Shown: positions 1 to 10,793 of the stretch, one piece after another | Numbering within the stretch: position 1 is the first letter of the stretch | Layout: every line of letters begins with the position of its first letter | DNA from: Candidatus Bathyarchaeota archaeon | GTDB taxonomy: Archaea; Thermoproteota; Bathyarchaeia; 40CM-2-53-6 | Assembly (NCBI GenBank): GCA_963706285.1 | Contig: CAVPLU010000004.1 | Location: 352,001-416,000, forward strand | DNA: 64,000 bases | Direction of reading: 5' to 3' | Position numbers and translations under genes: made by a program | Notes under the pieces: model-generated | What the model saw: the letters and a program-made list of their open reading frames with translations, nothing else | What the model was told of the DNA's origin: nothing | Database searches by the model: none

Positions 1-532
1 CGTAGGGATCAACTGACTCCTGGCGAGGACTCGTTCGTCTCAGAGACATGAGCTCTTCGCTCAAACTCTGAACGGTTCGTTCGAGGGTGTCAACTTGGGT
101 GCGAAGTTCTCGGATCTCGTTCTGGAACTGATCTGCCGTCCCCTTTTCAGGCTGGGGTAAGGCTGTGGTCGTCATTTCGAAATATCGTGCGGGTAAGGCT
201 TCATCGACGTTTCTATGATCATAAGTGAACAGCCCGATCCCTCGCTCGTGAAAGAGTCGTGCATCAGTATGAGACGCAGCGGTCTTCGGAAGGGCAAGAT
301 AGGTTCGATTGGATTTCCCTGCAAGGGCCGTTGCTCTCATGATTGAATTCAGGAAGGCTTGTCGGTCCGTCCAGAGCGACTCGCCCAGAATGATCACACG
401 AATATTCATGCCCTCGCCTTGAAACAACATGTCAGAAATTTGGGAGTCCACTGTCGGGGACTCGTCAAGACCCGCGCTCGTGAAACGTTGACGGAGCCAT
501 TGCCTTACGTCTACTGGGTTAGGATGCGACAG
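1..532 (-). CDS. Crenactin-operon protein (arcadin-2-like position), N-terminal alpha/beta domain plus coiled coil; runs off the window
   Basis: Open frame read by hand and absent from the ORF track: ...VDVRQWLRQRF...NRTYLALPK...ERGIGLFTYD...QNEIRELRTQVDTLERTVQSLSEEL. It overlaps the crenactin stop; a CTG start at 532 after GGAGG is inferred. Confidence 0.65.
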   Translation of the reverse strand, partial: MSHPNPVDVRQWLRQRFTSAGLDESPTVDSQISDMLFQGEGMNIRVIILGESLWTDRQAFLNSIMRATALAGKSNRTYLALPKTAASHTDARLFHERGIGLFTYDHRNVDEALPARYFEMTTTALPQPEKGTADQFQNEIRELRTQVDTLERTVQSLSEELMSLRRTSPRQESVDPY

Positions 533-1787
533 GCAGCCATCCCTCCATTCGTTCCCAGTTCCATCTATAGTCCTCCGGAACTGCGTACCCATAGATGATG
601 CACCCGTGCCAGACTGAGTGTTGTGGATTCTTGGTCATCTTGACTGATACTCCCTTGATCCCCTTCTCTTTCAGTAGCGCCTTCATCTTTGTGGGAGCGT
701 CCGTCGCGAAATCTCGCAGTTTCTCAGGAGGTTGCCAGCTGAAGTTGCCGCCGGAGAGAAGAATTTCCTTGTAGAGTAGTGGTTGAAGCTCGACCGGGCA
801 ATGTTCGACAGATCTCACTATTGCCTCACCAAAATCCATCATGCCTTCGAAGAGTGTGTCGCCTACCTTGACATCCTTTGGTCTAGGCATTCCACGTGTC
901 GTGTAACTTTGGAACAACTCATTCTGAGGGTTGAAGACATATTCTCCGATAAGGAATCTCTGCCATGACTTCTCAGCGAAGTCCACTTCAACTCTAGTTC
1001 CGGGCACTCTGAGTTTTGCCTTGAACTTGGTGGGATTCTCTTTCGCCGCTTTGACTGCTTTCTCTAGATCCAGTGGGAGAAGGCCTAAGTCTTCCTTCAC
1101 CTGTCGAACGAATGCTTCTTCTTGGGCTAGGTCTCCGTACCCTAGATCCTTCAAGATCTCGGCGGTAATGGAATTCGCCTCTCCGCCTCCACGGTTCACG
1201 GTGACTAACGCGCTGCGTATGGGGTAGCTGCTGATTGGGCACACTTGGGTATTGCCGTGTCCTGATTCCACGACGACGCAGGTTGTGACGCCGTGACCTA
1301 TTGCAACTGCGAAAGGCTGAGAGATTACGGTTGCAGCTTTGACAAGTCCGTCCTTTGCGGCTTCCATCATAGTTTCGAAAAGGCTCTCGTACATGTACCT
1401 AGGGGAGACGCTGGAAAGTGATGCCACGACATAGAAACCTTCGAAACTCTTCTCTGACTGGGGGCGAAACATGTTGAGGCCGAAACGAGAGATCTCGTTG
1501 ACAACTCGCCAGGCTCTCTTATCTCCTCGATCTATGACGCCATTCCGCATCGGGTAGACCAGACGGGAAGTGAGATCTTCTGACGATTGCAAATATAGAG
1601 GGACTTCATCTCCCACGACGATTTCTGGTGCCTGATTCAGGGCTCGCATCATAATGGACTCCTGGTCGGGGAAGTAGCCTCTGTTTCTCAGCACCCTCGG
1701 AGCGTCTCCGCAAGTTATCGGCCCGAACTTCAGATCACTGGTTCCGAAATCCATTCCGAACGTATACTGCTCTCTGTATTCGCTCAA
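519..1787 (-). CDS. Crenactin (archaeal actin homologue)
   Basis: YTFGMDFGTS phosphate-1, VESGHGNTQV phosphate-2, NRGGGEAN, ILLSGGNFSW adenosine motif and PQHSVWHG; colinear with Pyrobaculum crenactin. Confidence 0.95.
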   Translation of the reverse strand: MSEYREQYTFGMDFGTSDLKFGPITCGDAPRVLRNRGYFPDQESIMMRALNQAPEIVVGDEVPLYLQSSEDLTSRLVYPMRNGVIDRGDKRAWRVVNEISRFGLNMFRPQSEKSFEGFYVVASLSSVSPRYMYESLFETMMEAAKDGLVKAATVISQPFAVAIGHGVTTCVVVESGHGNTQVCPISSYPIRSALVTVNRGGGEANSITAEILKDLGYGDLAQEEAFVRQVKEDLGLLPLDLEKAVKAAKENPTKFKAKLRVPGTRVEVDFAEKSWQRFLIGEYVFNPQNELFQSYTTRGMPRPKDVKVGDTLFEGMMDFGEAIVRSVEHCPVELQPLLYKEILLSGGNFSWQPPEKLRDFATDAPTKMKALLKEKGIKGVSVKMTKNPQHSVWHGCIIYGYAVPEDYRWNWERMEGWLPVAS

Positions 1788-1948
1788 CGCGATCTCCTCT
1801 CAACAACAAGCTTCTCGCCTTCAATACGGACAAGCACCTCTTCGTTAGCTGCGAAAGGAAACAGGGAGTCTTTCACGACATCAGCGGGAATATAGAGAAC
1901 ACCGGTGCGGCTTCTATCCGAACGAGATCCAAGTATTATTCGTGCCAT
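1784..1948 (-). CDS. AbrB/MazE-like swapped-hairpin small protein
   Basis: 54 aa, TGVLYIPADVVKDSLFPF..EEVLVRIEGEKLVVER; 4-nt overlap with the crenactin start. Confidence 0.75.
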   Translation of the reverse strand: MARIILGSRSDRSRTGVLYIPADVVKDSLFPFAANEEVLVRIEGEKLVVERRSR

Positions 1949-2232
1949 CCCTGTGAGGACCATACAATCTACCTGCCAAATTGACTGACAATGCGTACGA
2001 CAGACATTGCGATAAAAGCCGGGGAATGACTCTTCTGACCTGTGAGCCAAGTGAAACTACTAAGGCAACAGCTCAGCGGCACGAGAGAAACCATTTACGC
2101 AGAGTCGGTCAATTCCTCTAAATCAATTCCAAATACCTGCACCGAACCCGCCTCGAGCAATTTAACAGATTCATGAAACCAAATACCATTTATCAGCCTC
2201 GTCGGTGCGTACGAGGGAAGCGATAACAACAG

Positions 2233-2565
2233 ATGATCTCACTGACGCCCCGTGACTTTTCCGGAGCGACACTCATTGATCCACGCAGCATCCTGACCTT
2301 ATTCTACGCGGATTGGTGTCCATTCTGCAAAAGCTTTCTCACAGTCTTCGAAAGTGCTATGGTGAAAAGAACCGAACCATTAGGTGCCCTTGCCAACATC
2401 AGTGACGAGAGCAATCCATTATGGGAGATATTCAAAGTGGATATAGTCCCGACATTGGTCGGGTTTAGGGAAGGACTAGTAATCGCCAGAAAGGACGGCA
2501 CCCCAGGCATTGGTCTCGGAATGCCTGAACTTGAGGATGCGCTGCGAAAGATGGAGAAACGCTAA
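2233..2565 (+). CDS. Thioredoxin family protein
   Basis: FYADWCPFCK motif and cis-Pro VPTL. Confidence 0.9.
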   Translation: MISLTPRDFSGATLIDPRSILTLFYADWCPFCKSFLTVFESAMVKRTEPLGALANISDESNPLWEIFKVDIVPTLVGFREGLVIARKDGTPGIGLGMPELEDALRKMEKR

Positions 2566-2653
2566 GCAATATTTCACGAACGATTCACCTGACAAGGCAT
2601 ATATCTCGTCGCCTGAAAGATTGACTTTGACTCATGAGGCATGGAAGGTCTTC

Positions 2654-3499
2654 ATGGTGAAATTTATTGATCTGACGGTTCCAATCGGAATAGCAACTCC
2701 GCCGTGGCCGACATACGAGCCGCTTCAAGTAAAGTACTTCAAGAGACTAGCTCCAAACGGAGCGAACGGACAACTACTGACGCATTCCAATCACGTGGGC
2801 ACCCACCTTGATGGCGAGATTCACTTCTACACGCCCGGCAAAGACATTGCGAGTTTGACGATGGATTTCCTGGTAGGACCAGGAGCGGTAGTGGACCTCT
2901 CAGATGAGGCTGGCGACTATGATGTCTACACTTCGAAGATGATCGAGGATAGAGTTGAGATCAGAAGCGGAGACATTCTGATCATTCATACCGGCTACCA
3001 CAAGTACGGCTGGGATCAACCGACAGCCGATGAGGTCAGATACATGGTTAAGCACCCTGGCCCAGACAGAGAATTCGCAGAATGGGCCAAGAGAAAGAAG
3101 ATCAAGTGGATTGGCGTCGACTGCGGCAGCGCCGACCACCCAATGAACACAATCATCCGCGATTGGATGCCCAGACAAGCAAAAGAGGCTGACGCTCACT
3201 TTCAGAAGAAATTCGGCAAGACCCTGAAGGAATTCTTCTCTGACGACAAATATCAACTCATGCACGTTGAGATGTTCCCTCACGCGATAATTCATGCTGA
3301 ATGCATTGGAGGAGATATCGACCTCCTCCTCAACCAGCGTGCATCGATAGGATTCTTCCCATGGCGATTTGTTGACGGTGAATCAAGCATAGGCCGATGT
3401 GTCGCTGTCCTAGAAGACAGCGAATACGATCGCATCATGAAGAAGAAGGCATCATTACCCAAGACCCGGTTTGGCGACGCGATCGGATGCAGACACTAG
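2654..3499 (+). CDS. Cyclase family (kynurenine formamidase-like) metal hydrolase
   Basis: FIDLT, HVGTHLD, HTG, HPG and GVDCGSAD motifs; start moved to ATG 2654. Confidence 0.88.
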   Translation: MVKFIDLTVPIGIATPPWPTYEPLQVKYFKRLAPNGANGQLLTHSNHVGTHLDGEIHFYTPGKDIASLTMDFLVGPGAVVDLSDEAGDYDVYTSKMIEDRVEIRSGDILIIHTGYHKYGWDQPTADEVRYMVKHPGPDREFAEWAKRKKIKWIGVDCGSADHPMNTIIRDWMPRQAKEADAHFQKKFGKTLKEFFSDDKYQLMHVEMFPHAIIHAECIGGDIDLLLNQRASIGFFPWRFVDGESSIGRCVAVLEDSEYDRIMKKKASLPKTRFGDAIGCRH

Positions 3500-3567
3500 A
3501 AAACCAACATCATTGATCGTTCTACGCAACACGCCTGGCACAAGAAAGGATTCGAGAGGCCGGAGGT

Positions 3568-4230
3568 TCAAGTTGCCCCGCTTGTGACTTCACGCTCAAC
3601 TATTTCGTGCAAAATACGGCGCAACCCTTCTTCATAGATAGCCGACCCAATCTTTCTGTAACCTTCAGAGTTCAAATGCAGTCCATCACTCGAGTACTGA
3701 AAGGCAAGACGATTCGTTGCTTCGTCAAGCGTTGCACGGAAAACGTCGGCGCAGGGTATTCCGAGTTCCACGCAGTGGTCTTGCACCAGCTTGTTCAGCA
3801 GCATGCGTGGAGGTATTCCACCATCAAATCCGAGTATTGACGGAACGGTACATGCGATAGGTGTTATTTTGTTCTCGAGAGAAAGCCCATACATCTTGCT
3901 GAGATTCAAGAAAACCTCCTCCGGAGCGACTTCCCAACCCAGATCGTTTGAACCGCCAAGGATTATCACGATTCCAGGTGAGAGACAGATCACATCTGAG
4001 TCGAATCGAGCTAGCATCTGTTCGGTAAGTTCACCGACAATTCCCTTGTTGACGATCTCAACGGTGAATGGATTAAGTGGGAATTCTCTTTTGATGTGGT
4101 CGGCTAGGAAGTCAGTGTATGGAGTCGAACCCCCTCCAGAGAGTTCGTACGATTGAAATCCAACCGTTAGACTGTCACCAAGTGCTACAATCCTAATGTC
4201 TGTAGGCGCCTTTGACATAGGGTTCGCCAT
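3568..4230 (-). CDS. SGNH/GDSL hydrolase
   Basis: ALGDSLT, NKGIVG, GGSND and DGLHLN blocks. Confidence 0.9.
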   Translation of the reverse strand: MANPMSKAPTDIRIVALGDSLTVGFQSYELSGGGSTPYTDFLADHIKREFPLNPFTVEIVNKGIVGELTEQMLARFDSDVICLSPGIVIILGGSNDLGWEVAPEEVFLNLSKMYGLSLENKITPIACTVPSILGFDGGIPPRMLLNKLVQDHCVELGIPCADVFRATLDEATNRLAFQYSSDGLHLNSEGYRKIGSAIYEEGLRRILHEIVEREVTSGAT

Positions 4231-4302
4231 GGCTTCCGATATCGCCTCACAAGCGAATCTTGGATCATCTACCACTGTTTTATACTGTACTAGTTCTGTG
4301 CG

Positions 4303-5172
4303 TTGAAGGCGACAGATTTGGCCAGTCTGTGGACCGGTCTGCTCCTTCGCATTGCAAAGCATTGGATAGCAGGCGACAGCTCCGAGGACGCTTTTACACG
4401 TGCTCAGCAATCAAATGCCCGCGGAGTGAGAGGGATCATCAACCTACTTGGAGAGGAAATCACCTCTCAAGAGGAGACGGTTACTGCCACTGCAAAATAC
4501 CTCGAGATCCTGGAAACACTAAACGAACGCCAAATCCAGAGCTGCATTTCCGTGAAACCGACCCAGCTGGGGCTGTCAATAGACCCATCACTGTTCAGAA
4601 ACAACCTGAGCACGATCCTCAGCAAAGCCATGTCGCTTGGAACCTTCGTATGGGTGGATATGGAAGGTTCGGCGTTCACGGCGGAGATTGTCGATGCATA
4701 CCTTCAGTTCCTTGAGAAATCGGACAAAATCGGCGTTACGATCCAAGCTTACCTGAGAAGAAGCGAAGAAGACACAAGTCGCATTCTTGATAGCGGCGGA
4801 GTAATCAGGCTCTGCAAGGGCGCCTATAATGAAAGCCCGGAAATCGTCTTCAAGCATAAGAGTGAGATCAATGAAAACTTCTTGAAACTCATGCGAGTCA
4901 TGTTCGAACGTGGAAGAGGCTTCGCAATTGCAACTCATGACGAGAAACTGATCGAGGAAGCTACTCGTCTGAGCAATGTTCACCACGCAGATTTTGAGTT
5001 CGAAATGCTCATGGGAATCAGAGACAAGAAGAAACTCGAACTGGTAAAGAGAGGGTATCGGGTAAGCGAGTATATTCCATTTGGCAAGAGCTGGTGGGCA
5101 TACTCGGTGAGACGAATTCGAGAGCACAAGAGCAACATATTCTTGCTAGCTCGCTCGCTTGTGAGTGGATAG
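4303..5172 (+). CDS. Proline dehydrogenase (monofunctional)
   Basis: SVKPTQLG, VDME, QAYLRRS, RLCKGAY, IATHD, YIPFG. Confidence 0.92.
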   Translation: MKATDLASLWTGLLLRIAKHWIAGDSSEDAFTRAQQSNARGVRGIINLLGEEITSQEETVTATAKYLEILETLNERQIQSCISVKPTQLGLSIDPSLFRNNLSTILSKAMSLGTFVWVDMEGSAFTAEIVDAYLQFLEKSDKIGVTIQAYLRRSEEDTSRILDSGGVIRLCKGAYNESPEIVFKHKSEINENFLKLMRVMFERGRGFAIATHDEKLIEEATRLSNVHHADFEFEMLMGIRDKKKLELVKRGYRVSEYIPFGKSWWAYSVRRIREHKSNIFLLARSLVSG

Positions 5173-5220
5173 AGCCACTCGCTAGGATCAAAATCCCCGT
5201 GACGCGACCTTCCAACAGAA

Positions 5221-6427
5221 TCATATGTGTATGGATACTTGCTGATTCAGGATCTTCCGGAGCGCAGACTCTATCCTTTCCTTGTCGCCCAAAAGAGAAG
5301 CCCGTAGTCTCGCCTCTTGTGATTCCAATTCGGTGATGTGGTTCTTGCACTGGGTGATTTCCGTTCGAATATCATCTAACTGATTATGTACTGAAAGCCA
5401 CTGGTCGTAGAGCCCGGATCCTTTGAGTTGTCTCAGAACTTCTCGCTTGTTAGCCTCAAGTATGTCGTGATCCTCTTTGAATCTGTCGAGTCTCCCTGCT
5501 TGAAGGGCCTGAATTGCATCAGCGGCTTTCCTTTTTCTCCTCTGATCAAGAAGCAGCTCATCGCTCTCTAGCAACTGATGCACTGAAATGAGCAGGTCTC
5601 GCATCTCGCCAGTTGACGTCTCTAAGACGGTGCCCAGTGGGTTCTCGACGATCTTGCTGACAATGGCCCTACTCAGTCCCTCCTCCACCTTCTCATTAGC
5701 TCTGTCTATCTTTCGCAAAGGCTTCAAGAGAGGTTCAAGCAATGCGAGAATCTCTACCTCTCTTTGTCTAGCTTCTTCTTCTATGTGGTTCAGTTCTTTG
5801 ATGGACTGATCATGACTTAGCGAAGAGAGGTCGTTCTGTAGCCTCTCCTCCTGAACCTGTAGTCTCATTGCGGTTTCTTTCGTTTGCTGGATCTCATCTC
5901 GTCTTGAGATTGAGTTCACGAGCATTCTGCACAAGCCGATCTGCGTCATCTGCAATGAAGTGAAGCTCTTTGAGGTTCGAGCTCTCAAGTACTTGACCGA
6001 GTTCTGTGACGCTCTGGCTAAGGGTCGAAATGGAATCCTCTAGGGCTGAGGACTCGGATTTGACCGCTCGTATGATGCTCGGAACGTACTTGTTGTATGT
6101 TTTGACGATGGTTCGGGTAGTCTGTACCGAACTCTCTTGGAATTTCCGCAATTCGTCATATGATGCATGAGGCTTGCTTGCGGCCAGGGATCTGCAATCA
6201 TCAAGAACCTGTTCCGTAAGTCTAATACCATGTTGCTCTGCTGGTTTGGTCAAGGTTCCCCACGCTCGCCCGATCGCCTCGCGGAGATTTGTTGCTGCCC
6301 TTTCGACCGATCCGACTGATCTTAGGATGCGTTTCTCATTGGATGAGAATTGACCACGGTAGGACCGCTCCCTATCAGCAATGATCTCGCGCATTTTGTC
6401 TGAGAGGCTCTGTATGGGTACTTCCAT
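5221..6427 (-). CDS. Long coiled-coil protein, split by a +1 frameshift near 5900
   Basis: Overlapping helical ORFs 5894-6427 and 5221-5988; removing one base gives ...ELNLKTDEIQQ... Confidence 0.65.
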
Positions 6428-6561
6428 GGATTCTCATTCCTTGTATTTCTAGGATTGACCGTTCTGGCCAGACAGATGCGCCGTTCGAAATTGAATTTGG
6501 CATGGCGTGGAGCCGATATGCATATGAGGCTTTCTTCCTCATCAACAGAACGGGGTGCCAT

Positions 6562-6664
6562 CATGCCTTTCTGTGTGAAATGCGGAGCCGAACTTTCGAC
6601 TGGAGTTGCATTCTGTCAGAAATGTGGCAGCCTCATATTGAATTTGTGCGGTAAGATGCTGTAG
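6562..6664 (+). pseudogene. Zinc-ribbon N-terminal fragment
   Basis: MPFCVKCGAELSTGVAFCQKCG followed shortly by a stop. Confidence 0.5.
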
Positions 6665-6699
6665 GTCTGGGCGTTTAGCAAGAATTCAAGAAAACAGTT

Positions 6700-6843
6700 T
6701 GGTGCGGGGGGAGGGATTTGAACCCTTTCGTTCGGAATTCCGCTCAGGTTTTCCGAATCTCGAACCCCTACGGGACAGGAGCCTTTGGACGAGGTCTGTG
6801 ACCTCTCAGTCCTGCGCCTTTGACCTGGCTGGGCGACCCCCGC
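6700..6843 (-). tRNA. tRNA-Leu(GAG) with introns at 34/35 (6785-6806) and 51/52 (6725-6758)
   Basis: GCGGGGG/CCCCCGC acceptor stem, long variable arm, encoded CCA; BHB central helices GGAC/GTCC and TTCG/CGAA. Confidence 0.92.
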
Positions 6844-6967
6844 ATTACCGAGTCATGATGGCTTAGGCTGATTTAATGATTGCCGCGGGCCTTCGACGAG
6901 AGAATCGTGTGGATTTCAAAGAGATATAACTGGACGGAATCGCATTTGATCAAGCGGAGTGTGGTCC

Positions 6968-7090
6968 ATGCTGCTTGCGGGCAAAGTGGCTCTTGTTGCT
7001 GGTGCTTCGCGAGGAATAGTCAGGAAATAGCTCTGAGATGGCGAGAGAGGGTGCTGATGTTGTTGTCAACTATGCGAGTGGCGAATGGGC
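6968..7090 (+). pseudogene. SDR (FabG-like) N-terminal remnant
   Basis: MLLAGKVALVAGASRGI/QEIAL/MAREGADVVVNYAS across two frameshifts, then truncated. Confidence 0.75.
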
Positions 7091-7767
7091 ATGGGCGCCT
7101 ACGCTCGCTATATGCGATGAGAGAAGGATGGTGGTTGCGTGTTTGATGTTTTCATTCTTGGATTGATTGCTTTGTTTGGCTGTGCGTCGCATTCTCTCAG
7201 CTTAGTGTCATGCTGTGACCTGCCCCTATCTGGTGTCGGATATGTGTCACGCACTACGGTCTTCTGAGTTTAAGCCGAGCGAGGACTGCAAAGCGAAGTT
7301 TTGTGAGAACGAGGCACATGTGAAGCCTGTTCGAGATACGACGCTGCTTTTCGAGCCTTTGCATCTGGTTTTCCGGCAGCCGATCCTGACGACGCGTTGT
7401 TCACTTGAATTGCGTCAAAAGTAGTTCGCGTCGTCGTTCCGCCCCGCAATTCGTTTCGTCTAATTGTTATGAATCCACGCGGTGAAATCAAACAGCGGTT
7501 CTTGCATCATGGTAGCACCGTAGATATTTCGCGTGTATGACAACAACGACATACATCGAACGGTGCACGCTAGCCCCCACAGTAGAGGAGAATGAGGAAC
7601 CCCAACCTCCCGATTCAAACGCCCCATTCCTGGTCTCTTCGCAATCATGATAATGTCTGTATATCTCTCAAACAGCCATCCGACACTACCTAGCAAGCCA
7701 CAGAGCCCCACCCGCATCGAAAGAACCAATTATCAATAGCCTAAATGGAGAACCTTCAAAAGTCATC

Positions 7768-8040
7768 ATGTGGGAAACTAGGTACGAGTGTTCAGTCTTG
7801 GCTAGAGTTCAATATCTTGTGGCAGGAATCGGAGTCCTCCTTATGGTGGTAACCCTCGCTGCAACTATGGCAATGCTCAATTTCGAGTTAAACCTGGAGG
7901 GTGCCGAGTACCGCATGCTGACAAGAAACACATTCCTTCTAGTGTCAGGCACATTTCTGGGCGTGATGTTTTTCGTGATCGGCTGGAGTCTCATCATGGT
8001 GGCCATAGGTTTAAGCTTCGGACTCGCAAGACGAAAATAG
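7768..8040 (+). CDS. Small two-helix membrane protein
   Basis: Two hydrophobic segments and a basic C-terminus. Confidence 0.5.
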   Translation: MWETRYECSVLARVQYLVAGIGVLLMVVTLAATMAMLNFELNLEGAEYRMLTRNTFLLVSGTFLGVMFFVIGWSLIMVAIGLSFGLARRK

Positions 8041-8119
8041 GCATTTTGTGTGCAACGAACGCGCTCAACGGCGTTCCGCAACAGGCTTGCCATGAAACAA
8101 CGAAGCCAGAGGCATTCCT

Positions 8120-9004
8120 TCATGCGCGACGTCGATGTCTGAGGACGAAAAGGGCTAGGAAGATTCCTATCAGAACTGACTCCAACGGAAATCCAGGAAC
8201 AGTAGCGCCCTGATCCCAGAAGAAGACAGGTCCTGTTGTAGGAGTGAGGGATAGGTTTGTCTTTAGGAATTCTGCCTGATTGGAATGCGTCTCGGTCCAA
8301 ACACCAATACCATCAGGCTCGTTACCGGTGGCATTTGATGATGTCCTGTATCCTGTGCAGATTCCATAAGTAGGATCGAAGAGGTCCGTCTCAGTGCCCG
8401 ACCCTTTCGCGTAGACTCCGTCCTGATTCCTCACTAATCCAAGGATTTCAGCACCATAAGACAGGCTCCAAACCTTCAATTGAACCCCCTCTATGTTTGC
8501 CATCTCCGTCGAAACGCTGAATTCCACATCTGTGAATTTCTCGCCTCTTGCGTCAGCGTCAGGAACCCACCATGCTGAATGTGTATTTTCCACTTTCGCT
8601 CAACTGTTCAACGTTCACCAGCCACCACGTGGGATGACCGATCAGTTCCTCGCTGGTGTATTCTCGACAGCAGTCACCCTGAGCGTAGCTCGAGAAATGG
8701 TGTATTCATCCTCTCGGACGAAATCGGGTCGCGTATCAACAAGACCAGTCACAGTTGGCACACGAACGATTCATGAGGCATCATCACGGGAATAAAGCAA
8801 CCGTCGCTGACGAAATCTACTCGCACAGAAATATTGGAGACGAAGTTGTAGGTTACGGGGTGCACGATTTGAAGCCGCAATGAACCAGGATGGACACCTG
8901 AGACCGACATGAGCCTGCCGACATGACTGTTGATTTCCTGCCGCAGATACTTTCGATACACAAAACAGAGGGAAAACAGCCAGCAATAACATGAGGAAAC
9001 TCAT
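8120..9004 (-). pseudogene. Frameshifted secreted protein with PGF-CTERM-like sorting signal
   Basis: Signal peptide MSFLMLLLAVFPLFC..SAA, coding-like pieces in three frames, C-terminus VPGFPLESVLIGIFLALFVLRHRRRA. Confidence 0.6.
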
Positions 9005-9107
9005 CCTAGCACATCTTATCCTCAAGACAGCTCAGGCTCCTTTCAGGCTACTCAAAGCACTACTAATTTCGAACTGTATCGCGTATATTACTGTCGGCCA
9101 ATAGCAA

Positions 9108-9398
9108 TCAACCTCTTCGCCTAAGTTTCAAGCGGAAAAGAATATTGTGTTCTTTCGTTCTCGAGGGAAGCGTTCCCCAACGGGCCCCCTTCACGTCATA
9201 ATGCCAAGATTTGCTCTTCTTCTGCTTCTCAAGGAGAAGATGGTCGCCTTCAATATGAACGGTGAGCTCTTCTCCAAGCTGGAAAGGAAAGCGGTCGTCT
9301 CCAACGAGATCAGATGGTAAGTAGGCTGAATGTCGCCCATTTAACCGGTAGGTTTTGGTCTTTGCTGCGTTTCTGTTCACGTTACCGGCGAGAAACAA
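9108..9398 (-). CDS. AbrB/MazE-like small protein (paralogue of 1784-1948)
   Basis: SAYLPSDLVGDDRFPFQLGEELTVHIEGDHLLLEK aligns with the crenactin-linked protein; start uncertain. Confidence 0.6.
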   Translation of the reverse strand: MFLAGNVNRNAAKTKTYRLNGRHSAYLPSDLVGDDRFPFQLGEELTVHIEGDHLLLEKQKKSKSWHYDVKGARWGTLPSRTKEHNILFRLKLRRRG

Positions 9399-9440
9399 TA
9401 GATGAGTATATGCGAGTTCAAGGAAGCCAGGGGCGGTTCA

Positions 9441-9803
9441 TCAACCATCTCGGGCGAAAACCCAGAGGGCATACAGACAGAATACATAAAGTCCAAACAA
9501 CGAAATGAGAGAGAAAAGTAATCCGTAGAAACCAAGATGCCCCAGCAATGGGGCGCTCTCGACATAGCACTTGGTCTCTTGGTATGGTGCTTCATTGCAA
9601 TGTCCGCCTTCATTATCGCAGACTGTCTTAGAACTGTAGACTTCCTCGCACTGTTGGGGAAGCTGTCTCTTCATAAAATCGGCATAACCTAGCATACTCA
9701 ACGAGAGCAAGAGGAGTAGAAGAAAACCTATTCCAACTTTGTGAAACTTCTTCAGCTTCAGAACTGCCGCCTCTCGATTTGCCAGTCCCATTCTTACTAC
9801 CAT
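9441..9803 (-). CDS. Membrane protein with Cys-rich external loop
   Basis: Two TM helices flanking a loop with 4 Cys. Confidence 0.5.
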   Translation of the reverse strand: MVVRMGLANREAAVLKLKKFHKVGIGFLLLLLLSLSMLGYADFMKRQLPQQCEEVYSSKTVCDNEGGHCNEAPYQETKCYVESAPLLGHLGFYGLLFSLISLFGLYVFCLYALWVFARDG

Positions 9804-10304
9804 CAGTTAAATGGTTAGAGAAGTAGGCTAGAGTGGGCCACCGTGAGGAAGTCTAGCGCTTCTTTCGTCTCTGTCTGTTTCTTGTGTTGTGGAGTGAACG
9901 CAAACTGAGTGAGCGTGGCGAAGAATGGGATTAGTCAATGAGGTTGTCCGCTCGGATCAGCCGGCAAATGGGTGAGAAGGCAACAGCCCGAAAGACGGAG
10001 CATGACGTCTGCCAAAGTGACCCCGCACGTTTGAAAAATGTGTGAAAAGTCAGAAATGAAAGGGACAAAGACAAGCAAGTAGACCATATCAAGGAACTGG
10101 AAGTCGAAAGAACCCGAGAAGAACGCGGAAGAGCGAGCCAAAAGTTAGGAAGAGGTTTGGAAAAGACGCGGGGGAAGTCGTGGCCGCTTGCCGTAAAGCG
10201 GGGCAGCTGGGGTCCGTCCAGCAGAGAAGAACAGAAAGGTGCTCGCGCAGGTGAAACATCTTATATGGACAGATGGACAGATTCATTCACCGCGGGGAAA
10301 GGTT

Positions 10305-10793
10305 ATGCGAAGGATTCTATTGGAGTCCGTAGCTCTAGTAGTGATAGTAGCCATATCTGCCTCAACGTTTGTTGGAACAGCGGCAGCTACTGTACCCACC
10401 ATCGTCAGCGTTGAGAATACCTCTCGGGTCTCGGGAGGGATATGACTGACAGACGAAATTGCGGTCTATGTGAAGGTTACGATCAATCATCCCGGCCCAA
10501 GTGCTACTCATTACATCGATTGGATAGAGGTTCAGTTTATGGGGGAGACCAAGCAGTACTCCGCAGACTCCGCAAAGTAGCGACTCATTCAGCGTGGAGT
10601 TGTTTTGGACAATCGTATCTGACTTTCAATTGAAGCGAGTAAACCATTGGCCAAGGTTAGGGCACACTGCACCGTAGACGGATGGTCCGCTTGGACAAGC
10701 GGGACCCCTATTCCAGAGTTCCCAGTAGCAACGATCGTGGCTTTCACAGCACTAGCCGCGTCATTGTTCATACTGAGAAGAAAACCTACCTAA
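10305..10793 (+). pseudogene. Secreted desulfoferrodoxin/neelaredoxin-like domain with PEF-CTERM-like tail, frameshifted
   Basis: Signal peptide, then NHPGPSATHYIDWIEV and VRAHCTVDGWS, ending IPEFP-TM-RRKPT*; several frame changes. Confidence 0.6.

Noticed and set aside
8120-9025. Four in-frame TGA codons suggesting readthrough or selenocysteine
   Set aside because: Protein-like sequence moves to other frames around the stops (LQIVHPVTYNF, GHPTWWLVNVE), so frameshift decay fits better; TGA is a normal stop elsewhere in the window.
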